DNA of 35,904 bases from Mitosporidium daphniae (taxonomy: Eukaryota): contig NW_013546289.1 of the NCBI RefSeq assembly GCF_000760515.2, positions 62,001-97,904 on the forward strand, in the 5' to 3' direction. Position 1 is the stretch's first letter; every line of letters starts with the position of its first letter. The notes under the pieces are model-generated. The model worked only from the letters and a program-made list of their open reading frames with translations, had not been told where the DNA came from and did no database searches. Below are positions 19,268 to 29,727 of this stretch, in pieces. The position numbers and the translations under genes are program-made.

Positions 19268-22089
19268 ATGAGCCTTTCTCCCCCCGAATCTTGTGTAGAT
19301 GAATCGGAACTTTCCTTTTACGATACATCTTCGTGTGCTCCCGTGTTCAGTTGCATCAATATTTTGCAAAATTCTTCGGGATCTCTTGTAATATGCATAA
19401 TTTATATCGCCATTATTTGCTAGATTGTCCATTGTGGCTTCCTAGACAGGCTCCAGAGTCTGTTGGGCGTGTCTTTTTTTGTTGATGACGATAGATTATC
19501 CAACCTCCAAGTATGAGCGCCTTTCGTTTATATAGACTCTTATCCAACAACTTGGCATCAAAGAATTGTGCCTGATGTCTGGGTTTAGGGAAGCCATATT
19601 GCCTGTTAGCACCATTGAGTTTGTGTGCCAAAATGCCGACATCAAATTGACAACCTTAAAGACACGAATTTCAGGCAAGTTATCGTGCTTTCATCCATTT
19701 GCTAGATGACGAATCAGTAGTGATGGGTTATATCAAAGGCCTATTGTTTGATTGCTCGCAGGCAAGTGCTCAAGGTTTGTTTGCAACACTAACGGTGCAG
19801 TTTTGGGCGTTGAGCTTGAAGATTTTCGATGTTTATATGCTCTTTGTCAAGAACTCAAGGTATTGGTTCTCATACAATGACCCTCAGATCAATGAAACGC
19901 AATCTAAATTTTCATCTCAAGGATATTTTTACCTGAAAAGATACAACCTTTCCCAATATATGAAGGTAGATGCCACTGCGCTCAAGGCACTTGGGGTTCT
20001 TGAAGTTTATCCTCCAATTTCAGGTAGGCCGTACAACCCCATTGTATAGAGAATAAATCAAAGGGATCCCTCTTTGACATCATTGGCACCCATTGTTCTA
20101 CACTTCAAGGAAAGAGGATGCTAAATGAGTGGTTGAGGCAGCCCCTTTTAGATCAACGGCTGATAAATGAGAGGCTTGACTTGGTTGAGTTACTCCTCTC
20201 CTCGTTGGCTTATGTGACCAGGAAAGACCTGAAAAACTACCTTTCATTATTCCCCGACTTATTACGTGCTGTTAAGCGTCTTGAAAGGGGTTCTTCCTCC
20301 TTACAAGAAATCGTGCGTCTTCATCAAGTCGTCAAGTCGCTTTCCAAAGTTGTTTATTTTCTATCTTCCTTATCAAATATCAAATCCACCGAGCTTAAAA
20401 GCGGCATCGAGATAATTAGATCGCAATTTTTATATCCCCTTCAGGCAACCCAGGTCCAAATTTCTTATTTGTTTAGGAAATTATGAAAAATTTGGAGCCT
20501 TTGATCGAGCTGATCGTGAAAACGGTTGATTTAGAAGTTGCAGAAAAGTCGCATGAATATCTTATCCGGCCAGAGATTTCCCCGGATCTGTTCCAACTGG
20601 CAGAACGGCGAAAAGCGCTCGACCAGAGATGCCAACTATCATTTGAAGAATTGGACCTACCCTGTGGAGCAGAAATTAAGGGGCCAAAGGCAAAGCTTGA
20701 AAGATCGCCCATTTATGGAGATTATATCCGAATCTCGAGAAACGTATCGTTTGCGCCCCGGAAGTTTTATTTTAGGATGTTTCAAACCCGTTGTTTAAAA
20801 GATCCGAGTTCATCGAGCTATGTACGCAAAAGAATGGTGTCTACTATACCACACCGTCGCTTTTGGCAACATCCAATGAGCGTAAATCGGTTGTCATAGA
20901 ATACGCAGCCAAGCAAAACGAGATTGTAAAGTCGCTTTTTGGCGTTGCAGGTGGGCGGACCGCTGCTATTTACTTACCGTAGTTACTTATACGCCTTTGC
21001 TTCTTTTGCTCAACTATTTCATTGCCCGTCTTGATGTGATAGTTTCTTTCGCCGAATTATCGACAGTAGTGTCACAGTCTCATCCCTATGTGAGACCCAT
21101 TTTTAGCGCAAATAATACATCGAGCTTGCGCATCATTGATGGCCGGCATCCATGTGTCGAGAGATACCTGGACCTGTCGTCACCATTTATACCCAACTCT
21201 CTTCTTTTGGATAGAGCAACTGATAGTGATAATCGATTTCAAATAATCACAGGCCCGAACATGGGTGGAAAGTCTACATTCATAAAACAGGTTTGCCGTC
21301 TTCATATGACGCAGTAGAATGCCTTGATTGTATTGATGGCACACATCGGCTGCTATGTACCTTGTACTCATGCAGAAATCCCTCCCATTGACGCCATTTT
21401 TGCGAGAGCCGGTGCTGGGGATACACAACTAAAAGGTATGCTTGCATCCAAACGAAACACACATCTAGGGATATCAACCTTCATGTCTGAAATGCTGGAA
21501 ATGTCCTCCATTCTACACAGTGCGTCTGCAAACTCGCTACTTATCATCGATGAGCTTGGCAGAGGCACCTCCTCCACCGATGGGTTTGCCCTTGCATGGG
21601 CACTTTCCGAGTGAGCCTGTGGGAAGTTTTAATCGTTAGGTTTTTAATTGAAAATGTAAAGTGCTTCACGCTCTTTGCTACTCATTTTCATGACCTGGGA
21701 AATCTGGAAAAATGCTATCCAAACATCGTTTCAAATGTGCACGTAAAGGCACTGATATCGGACAGGGATGTGGATGCATTGGAGGTGTCGCTTCTTTATA
21801 AAGTTGTCTCCGGGGTTGGCCATGAAAGCCTTGGTATTCACGTTGCACAGGTCGTTGGATTCCCAAGCGAATGCATTAAGGTATCCATTTACGGGATTAT
21901 TTGGAGATTGCCAAAAAAAAGCTGTCGACCTCGCTGACCGTTGATTCGGAGGAGGTTTCTGAAGTCGTAAAATTCATTGACCATGTAAGGGAGGGTGAGG
22001 CCAACCTTTCACTGAGTGATTGTGTCACCATGTATTCCAGTGTTAACGCTGCCTTTTTGCCTCAAGTTAGTTCCTTTATTGAAGGATGA
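19268..22089 (+). CDS. MSH2: DNA mismatch repair protein MSH2, N-terminally shortened; 13 introns (19388-19423, 19511-19535, 19675-19705 GC-AG, 19775-19800, 19860-19887, 20024-20049, 20454-20476, 20744-20775, 20951-20982, 21291-21317, 21436-21468, 21611-21639, 21881-21906)
   Basis: [125 protein letters not shown]. Confidence 0.92.
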
Positions 22090-22100
22090 AAATTTAACTT

Positions 22101-22142
22101 TTAAATTGTGAAAACTTGTACCCTTAAATTGTGAAAACTTGT
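22101..22142 (+). repeat. 19-bp perfect direct repeat with 4-bp spacer, just downstream of the MSH2 stop
   Basis: TTAAATTGTGAAAACTTGT-ACCC-TTAAATTGTGAAAACTTGT. Confidence 0.9.
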
Positions 22143-22316
22143 TTTCAAATCATAGAAGGCCATTGGCTCATGTAAAGTATTCCGAACCAATGTTTTGGTC
22201 AATTTTTTTTTGACTGGGCAACTTTGAAAATTGGTTGGTTATCGCCAATAACCTAATGGAAGGGTTTCACATAAAAAGGTCGTCGACTCCCCATTTTGCA
22301 CATCTAAATTTTGAGG

Positions 22317-23411
22317 ATGGGAAATTGTATCGGACAACATTCTGAAGAGTATATCCGAAATAGGGAGATTGAACAGTCCTTGAAAAAAGATAAACGGGTG
22401 CAAGATGACGCCGTAAAACTTTTGTTATTGGGAGCAGGAGAGAGTGGAAAGACAACCATTTTGAAGCAGATGAGAATGATCCACTCGCATGGGTTTACCT
22501 CCGAAGAACGGAATGATGCCAGGACACTTGTCTATTCAAATGTGATTGAGTCGATGCAGATCATCCTCACAGCAATGGAACCTTCAAATTTGGATATTCC
22601 ATTGGAAAATGAAAAAAACGATTCAATGGCTTCTCTCGTTAAGAAGGCAATTCCACCGGTATCTGGCGCACCATTGCCAAGTGCCTTGGGCCAAGCTCTC
22701 AAAATCCTTTCCAAGGATGCTGGAGTTAAAAAATGTATGGCTAGGTCTTCCTCATTTCAATTATTGGACTCTGCCCCCTAGTAAGAGGATCGATCAATTT
22801 TAACTTTTAGTTTCTTTTCAGAATTGGGGCGAATTTCATCTCCCGATTATATTCCAACTGACCAAGACATTCTTAGGACCAGGCAAAAGTCCACCGGAGT
22901 TACTGAATTCAACTTTACAATTGGGGACCTGACATACAAAATGCTTGACGTTGGAGGCCAGCGTTCCGAAAGAAAAAAGTGGATCCACTGCTTTGACAAC
23001 GTAACTGCAATTGTGTTTCTTGTTGCAATTTCAGAATATGATCAGATGCTGATGGAAGACGAATCGGTCAATAGGATGCAGGAGGCTCTGTCCCTTTTTG
23101 ATTCAATCTGCAATTCTCGATGGTTTCTGAATACTTCGATAATCCTCTTTCTTAACAAGATTGATTTGTTTCGTGAAAAAATCCAGAAGGTCCCATTGGA
23201 AGCTACTTTCCCTATGTATACTGGAGGCCCTGACTTTGATGCAGGATGCAAATTTATGGCAGACATGTTTCTTAGGCTCAACAAGACAGGGCGAAAAACC
23301 ATCTATCCGCATTTAACATGTGCTACGGACACCACCCAAATCAAGTTTGTTATGAACGCTGTAAATAAGATCATCATTGACAAGCTGCTGCAAGAGGCCG
23401 ATTTGATATAA
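22317..23411 (+). CDS. Heterotrimeric G-protein alpha subunit; intron 22781-22810
   Basis: MGNC (myristoylation/palmitoylation), GAGESGKTT, DILRTR, DVGGQRSERKKW, NKID, TCATDT. Confidence 0.97.
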
Positions 23412-23787
23412 AATAAAATTTTATCGTAAAAATTATAACCGAGCGATAGAAATGGACCACATAAAGAGGAGAGAGAGCATACACATGTTGTATCGCTTTT
23501 TTAATAATTCCCAAAGCGCTAGGAACCTCTCGATCGCTGCTCTTCTACTGTGCATTTTAAAAGCAAATCCGTGCCAATACATTTTCTATCGTTTTTTTAT
23601 ATCATAATATGCGATCAGCATTAAAATACTACTGTACGGCTGCCTTATGGTGACATACGAATCGCTGAACAGATGTGATATGGTGCATCTTTAACCCCAA
23701 AATTGCGTACCTTTAAACCGATTAATTGGAGGGCTCCCGTAAATTTAATTATTGGAGTGATTTTCATTGGCCTGGTAATTTTTTATT

Positions 23788-26700
23788 ATGCGTTCTCATG
23801 TCTTCATTCTTCTACTCCTGTTTGCTATAGCTCTCCGGGAAATCGAGTCTCTTTCCTCATTGTTTGAGGAAAAAGTCAATGGTCCGGGTCCAGGAATCTG
23901 TTCAATGTATGACGTCTGCGACCCCGGTCGGCGCCTCAATTGCGCGGGATATAAAAAGGCGCCCATTTTGTCTGATGCAAAAACACTCGCCTCAATCAAA
24001 GAATGGTGTGGAATTGACATAGTCAATGACCATAAGGGTCATTCGTGCGTCAGTCCTTCGCAGTGGTCTGTGATTGAAGCGGGATTAAAGTTTGCACGGC
24101 CTCTTCTTTCTCCTTGCCCTGCCTGTTGGAAGAACTTTATCTCTTTATGGTGTGAAATGTCAGTATCGCCACACCAGTCCCTATATGTGCGCGTTATAGA
24201 AACTTCTAAGGCCTCTGGGAGGTGGGGAAAGCCCGTAGCGACTGCGCTTAATTATTATGTGACACCCACCTTACGACAAGGACTCTTTGACTCGTGCGCT
24301 AATGTCTCAATGGGAATGACTAATAAGAAAATCTTAGATGTAATGTTTTCCGCAGAGGCCTCCAGGAATCCAGATGTGCTCTTTGAGATGCTTGGAAAGA
24401 ACTCCACGATGCGATCTCCATTTCTGATCCGGTTCCCTCACTTTGAAGCCGATTCCTTGGAAGAGGAGATGCTGCAAACTTATACCGGCTCAACTAGCCC
24501 CTCTCTAACAATGAAAGGAAATCAGGCATGGTCCACTCCAGTTCCTGCTGATGTTTGGCCGTTGAATACGACCATGTTTCCCTGTGACGACCCTGTATAT
24601 GGCTGTGTCTGTGTAGATTGCCATCGCAAGTGCCCAGCTCCTGCAAACTGGGTCACGTGGGCCCCTGCACCCTGTACCTTGTCCCTGCCGCTTATTGGAC
24701 GCAGCGGATGCTGGACTTTTGCGGTCTCCATTGTATATTTCTTTGCGATCATTGTCCTTTCTATTATTTTGGCCGTTAAGCTCTTTTTTCTGGCGCGCCA
24801 AAACTACGAAGAAGATCTTGAAAGAAACCACGCCCATCAATCTGCCCAAGGCGGTGATCCTTCATCTTGTCGTCTTTACAAGTACGGAGTGGAAGACTTG
24901 ATCGCAAAAAAATTTTACGCCCAGGGCAAATGGGTCACTATGCACATCCCTCAAGTGTTGTTAACAGCATCTGCTTTTGTTATCATTTCAATTTTGGTGT
25001 TAATTGCTACAAAGGGGCTCCAGATTGAGCGCGACCCTGTAAAGCTTTGGGTGGGCCCTCATTCCCAGTCTGCGTTGCAAAAGCAGTTTTATGACGAAAA
25101 ATTTGGTGCCTTTTTCCGCGTCGCTCAAGTCATCATTCGACCAAAAGTGGACATTAACGGTGCCGTAACCCGTGAAGCTATCACTCTCATTTTTGATTTA
25201 ATAGAAGAATTGCGGCACATGAAAGTTCTTCAGAATATAACCACCGATGGCAACATTGACATGGACATCAAAGCCTTTAAAAATGGGGTCTCGCTAGAGG
25301 ACATTTGCTACAAACCACTGGGGCGCGAATGCTTGATCCAGAGCGTGGCACTAATTTGGCCCACACGTGAAGCTTTTGAGGCTACCGGCGATGCCTGGGC
25401 GTTTGATTTTGACACATGCATGCGCTCACCCACAGATTGTCTTGGCTTTGACGGAAATGACCAGAATCTTCGCGTACCTTTGATGCCAGAATTAGTAGTT
25501 GGAGGAATCCCTCTCAAGTACAAAAAGCTGCCTGCTGGTGCTGGGGGCCGACCTGCTCCACTTCCTATAGATCCTGAGTCGTGGATAGAAGCTAAATCCC
25601 TTGTTATTACCCTGCTACTTGACCCAAAGGATGAGAATCAGCATGCTGCTTGTATAGAATGGGAGCGCGCCTTTATCGAAACTTTACGGCGGTTCGAGAA
25701 AATGCACACTGATTTTACCTGGGCATTTTCTGCAGAGTCTTCTGTAGAATGGGAAATTAATCGCGAGACAGAAGCCAATGCCCCAGTTATTCTCATCTCA
25801 TATCTGGCAATGTTTGTTTACGTGGCTCTTGCTCTCGGACGCCACTCCAGGAGGAAACGAAAGCAAAATACATCAGAACAAAAGAAAGAGGAATCATCAT
25901 CATCATCATCATCACCCTGGTTTAGTGGCTGGCCTTCATTAGTCGATATGCGATGCACACTTGCGCTCGGTGGCGTACTGCTGGTGGCTGTCTCCATTCT
26001 GTTTTCCGCAGCCATATTCACGCTTCTACAAATCAAAACCACGTTGATTATCGCAGAGGTGATTCCATTTCTCGTGTTAGCTGTCGGTGTGGACAATCTC
26101 TTTTTACTGGTGCAGGCCTACGAGTCTACAGGGACCGTTGAACCAGCAGAAATCTCAAAATCAAGTACATGCAGTTTCATGGAGGACAAAAAAGACCCTG
26201 CGATTGATGCAAAAATGGAGTCCACACTGAATAACGTCGCCCCCCCTTCTGTGGAAGAGCGTGTGGCATTAACGTTACGCAGGTCTGGACCATCTATTTT
26301 GGTGACCGAGCTTGCAGAGTTACTTGCTTTTCTCATCGGCTGCAACGTGGAGATGCCTGCAGTTGCCTCTTTTTCTATGTACGCTGTGCTTGCTATTGCC
26401 TTTGATATTTGTCTACAAATGACAGTATTTACCGTCTTTTTAACTCTCGATGGCCGCCGGATAGCTGCGGGGAGACCCGATCCAATTGCTGGGGCTCTCA
26501 GCCGTGCCTTCAAGGCTGTTTGGACGTGGCTATGCCCCATTTTGATACGGCTTAAAACTCGCTTTTCTACTTTATGGGCTTCTGATACCATGTCTTCTGA
26601 TCTCAGCCCTCAAATTGCTAAAGATACACAGGAAATCGAAAGCACACAGGCTGTTAAATCGATTCGATGGCCCTTTGGTAGCATATCTCATGCTTTAGCG

Positions 26701-28101
26701 CGAAACCGTCGCGTACAAACTGCTGTATTGCTATTTTATTCAGTATTGCTTTTCTTTTCACTGTTGGGAATCGGTCGAATTAGGCTTGGGTTGGAACAGC
26801 GACTAGCTGTGCCTTCTGACTCTTATCTTGTCCCATATTTTGATGCTTTGGAGACCGAATTGCTGGTCGGCCCCCCGCTCTTTTTTGTGCTCCGAAACGC
26901 AGATGTGGCTGGGAGCACATCGATTCAACGCTCAATTGCCACCCGATTCTATCAAGATATCATGGATGAATTATCCATTGGATCTATCGTTGAGGTCAAT
27001 AAGGGTGAGCCCGGCTCATACCTTTCCTCTGGAATTTCTAACTGGTTTGACGATTTTTTGGCATGGTCGCGGCATTGTTGTCGGATTGATCCCGTAACGG
27101 GCGACAGATCCAGTTCACCTAGCGCCGTGCCTTGTATTTCGGAACAGAAACGGACACTGACGCAACTTGCCCTCAATTCAGAAACCATTGGCCGTTTTTT
27201 GCCGTGGTTTTTGGAGGAAATGCCGTCAGCACAGTGTCCTTTTGCCGGAGGCGCTGCCTATGCCAACCAGGTGCGTCTAAAAGGCAGTGTCTCCGCCTTC
27301 AAGGCTTATTTGCAACCGCTGCGCTCACAGGAAGATTTCATTGCGTCGTTACGGGCATCGAGGCGTATTGCCGGAATGCTTACGACTGCCATCCAGAAGG
27401 CGGCAAAGGTCACGGCGAATGGAGTTCCACCTGAAATGGACTCGGGATCACTTCCCGAAATCTTTGCTTTCTCACCGTACTTTGTCTTTTTTGACCAGTA
27501 CCTCGAAATCATCTGGATCTCTATCTTGCTCTGCACCCTGTGTTTGCTCGTCATTCTTGTGGTGACATGGGCTCTTCTCGGCTCATTTGAGGCGGCATTA
27601 TTTTCCGCCTTGAGTGTATGTTCGACGGCCGTTTCACTTTTCGGCGTTATGGGTTGGTGGTCGATTGGTCTCTCCGCAGTTTCACTGGTCAATGTGATCA
27701 TTGCTATGGGTATTTCGGTAGAATTCTCCTCTAACATGATTCGTGCGTACATGGTTGTCCTTGATGCCGAAGAGACTGAGGAGTCCGCATATTCTGGGTT
27801 TGAAAAAGAGCCGTCTTCATGTTTACATGGAGCTTCATTCAACGCATTGCCTTCGCGCAAAAAGCGCGTAGAGCTAATGGTGGCCGAGACTGGCACTAGC
27901 GTTTTCTTTGGCATCACCCTGACAAAGCTGATCGGCATTTCCATTTTATACTGGTCTACATCCAAACTTTTCGAGGTGTTTTACTTTCGGATGTACATTG
28001 CCACGGTGGCATTGGCAGCTTTCCATGGGTTGGCCTTGCTGCCTGTGGTTCTGGCGCGTTGGGGTCCACATTCTGCCCTCTCCCCGCCAAGCTATAAATA
28101 A
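23788..28101 (+). CDS. NCR1: Niemann-Pick C1 / Ncr1 sterol transporter
   Basis: Signal peptide, Cys-rich NTD (CSMYDVC, CPACWKNF), LWV...FGAFFR, sterol-sensing domain (ISYLAMFVYVALALG, AEVIPFLVLAVGVDNLF, MPAV), GLEQ...DSYL, FFDQY, GISVEF, GITLTKLIG, HGL.LLPV; 1437 aa, intronless. Confidence 0.95.
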   Translation: MRSHVFILLLLFAIALREIESLSSLFEEKVNGPGPGICSMYDVCDPGRRLNCAGYKKAPILSDAKTLASIKEWCGIDIVNDHKGHSCVSPSQWSVIEAGLKFARPLLSPCPACWKNFISLWCEMSVSPHQSLYVRVIETSKASGRWGKPVATALNYYVTPTLRQGLFDSCANVSMGMTNKKILDVMFSAEASRNPDVLFEMLGKNSTMRSPFLIRFPHFEADSLEEEMLQTYTGSTSPSLTMKGNQAWSTPVPADVWPLNTTMFPCDDPVYGCVCVDCHRKCPAPANWVTWAPAPCTLSLPLIGRSGCWTFAVSIVYFFAIIVLSIILAVKLFFLARQNYEEDLERNHAHQSAQGGDPSSCRLYKYGVEDLIAKKFYAQGKWVTMHIPQVLLTASAFVIISILVLIATKGLQIERDPVKLWVGPHSQSALQKQFYDEKFGAFFRVAQVIIRPKVDINGAVTREAITLIFDLIEELRHMKVLQNITTDGNIDMDIKAFKNGVSLEDICYKPLGRECLIQSVALIWPTREAFEATGDAWAFDFDTCMRSPTDCLGFDGNDQNLRVPLMPELVVGGIPLKYKKLPAGAGGRPAPLPIDPESWIEAKSLVITLLLDPKDENQHAACIEWERAFIETLRRFEKMHTDFTWAFSAESSVEWEINRETEANAPVILISYLAMFVYVALALGRHSRRKRKQNTSEQKKEESSSSSSSPWFSGWPSLVDMRCTLALGGVLLVAVSILFSAAIFTLLQIKTTLIIAEVIPFLVLAVGVDNLFLLVQAYESTGTVEPAEISKSSTCSFMEDKKDPAIDAKMESTLNNVAPPSVEERVALTLRRSGPSILVTELAELLAFLIGCNVEMPAVASFSMYAVLAIAFDICLQMTVFTVFLTLDGRRIAAGRPDPIAGALSRAFKAVWTWLCPILIRLKTRFSTLWASDTMSSDLSPQIAKDTQEIESTQAVKSIRWPFGSISHALARNRRVQTAVLLFYSVLLFFSLLGIGRIRLGLEQRLAVPSDSYLVPYFDALETELLVGPPLFFVLRNADVAGSTSIQRSIATRFYQDIMDELSIGSIVEVNKGEPGSYLSSGISNWFDDFLAWSRHCCRIDPVTGDRSSSPSAVPCISEQKRTLTQLALNSETIGRFLPWFLEEMPSAQCPFAGGAAYANQVRLKGSVSAFKAYLQPLRSQEDFIASLRASRRIAGMLTTAIQKAAKVTANGVPPEMDSGSLPEIFAFSPYFVFFDQYLEIIWISILLCTLCLLVILVVTWALLGSFEAALFSALSVCSTAVSLFGVMGWWSIGLSAVSLVNVIIAMGISVEFSSNMIRAYMVVLDAEETEESAYSGFEKEPSSCLHGASFNALPSRKKRVELMVAETGTSVFFGITLTKLIGISILYWSTSKLFEVFYFRMYIATVALAAFHGLALLPVVLARWGPHSALSPPSYK

Positions 28102-28294
28102 ATGAACATCAACTGATAGGCAATTATCAAAAACGCCCGGTAAAAGTTGACCAAAATATTGTAGGACTCCCCGATTTTGAAGCTCCAAACTTGGATACTG
28201 CATGTGTGTTGCCAACAACGTTAAACGATTAACCTACTGGACCGCCATTAGGTTGAGCTGGTGATATTTATGTATATGATTTTGGGGTTAAGAT

Positions 28295-28594
28295 TCACCA
28301 CGACGAGGGGACGATGCCAGGAAGCGAGTCTGTACGTGCAAGACGGTGAAACTCGATGCGAGAAATGTCAAACTCCTTGATGATGCTGCGCGCCCGTCCC
28401 GTAATGATGCACCTGCGTGCCAATCTGTTTGGGACAGACGCCTTTGGCAGTGCACTCAGTTTAAACTGGGCCATATATCGAACGGAAAGTGGAAGTGAAT
28501 CATTGTGTGTGATAAACCGAAGAGCGTTTCTTGTGTTTTCATGTTGGGCTGCACATATGAGCCGAAGCCGCTCTGTAAACGTTTTTCCCTTCAT
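28295..28594 (-). CDS. MRP2: Mitochondrial ribosomal protein uS14m
   Basis: LPKAS...RRCIITGRARS...ISRIEFHRLA...LPGIVPSSW, the long (Zn-free) S14 type; first ATG at 28594. Confidence 0.88.
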   Translation of the reverse strand: MKGKTFTERLRLICAAQHENTRNALRFITHNDSLPLSVRYMAQFKLSALPKASVPNRLARRCIITGRARSIIKEFDISRIEFHRLARTDSLPGIVPSSW

Positions 28595-28896
28595 GGCGAA
28601 AAAACTCGCGTTCAAGTAATTGATTGATTAATTAATTAATTAATGCCAATGTTGCAGTTGGCCAAATTTTGTGCAATTCATGGATGAATGTAGGTGGAAA
28701 AAGTAAGCTTTTACCAATGTGATGGTTCAGGCTTCATTAGGGAATGGAATTCCCAAACATTGGCCCGATTCTGGAAAATTTGGCTAAATTTCAATCAGCA
28801 ATCAAAAAGCCAAAGTAACAGGCTATCAACCATTTTTCTATTCTATTGGTCGCCATGCAGCATATTGATAAAAGAGCCGTTTTCAGTCTCTAATTC

Positions 28897-29675
28897 ATGC
28901 TTCAAGGCTCCCCAAAGGATAGCAAAAGGGTCGATCTTATCCAACGGCAGCTCTTCAGGAAAAAGCTTGTGGCTGTTGGAGACGGGGCCTGTGGAAAAAC
29001 CTCCTTGTTGATTTCTTACTGCAGAGGGGAATTTCCGGAGGAGTACATCCCCACTGTGTTTGAAAACTATGTCACGGAAATTTCTTTAGACGGTGGCAGG
29101 GTCATTGTTGACATGGCGTTATGGGATACTGCAGGTCAAGAAGATTATGACCGTCTGCGTCCACTTTCGTATCCAGACTCGGACATTGTTCTGCTTTGTT
29201 TTTCGATTGATGCGCCAGACTCGCTACGCAGCATCATTGAAAAGGTATGAAGACAATAATGCTGATCGCTTAGTGGCATCCGGAGGTTTCCCATTTTTGC
29301 GATGGTGCTCCAGTAATTCTGGTGGGATGCAAATCCGATTTGAGGGATGATCCATCGGTGATCGGCCGTCTGGCGCGGCTGAACCAACGGCCCATTTCAT
29401 ATGAAGAGGCCTCTGACGCTGCGTACAGAATCAATGCCTACAGATACGTTGAAACCTCGGCAAAGGTCAAAGATGGCCTTTCCGATCTATTTGCCACAGC
29501 AGCAAGGGCCTCCATAGCAAAAGAACAAAGCTACAAACCGGAGGAAAGGAAAAGCAGGTTTTTCAAAAAAAGGTTCTTTTTTTTTGGGGAGAAAAAAAGC
29601 CTCGTACCCACACTACTTTCCCCGGCACAGCGAAGGGCGCCAGCCGCCAAAAAACACGAATGCTCCATGATGTAG
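28897..29675 (+). CDS. Rho-family GTPase (RhoA/Rho1-like); intron 29245-29273
   Basis: [50 protein letters not shown]-terminal CAAX CSMM. Confidence 0.95.
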
Positions 29676-29727
29676 TGGCAGTAAACTTAAAATTAAATTG
29701 AAAGTGTAAAATTTCAACAATTTCTTA

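Noticed and set aside
19268..22089. Fragmented ORFs in MSH2, RPT4, DHS and others as pseudogenes or frameshifts
   Set aside because: Every break is explained by a 23-38 nt intron that restores conserved motifs.
27306..27965. Long antisense ORFs (also 31624-32187, 33990-34553, 26118-26591)
   Set aside because: Shadows of well-supported genes on the opposite strand with no recognisable motifs.
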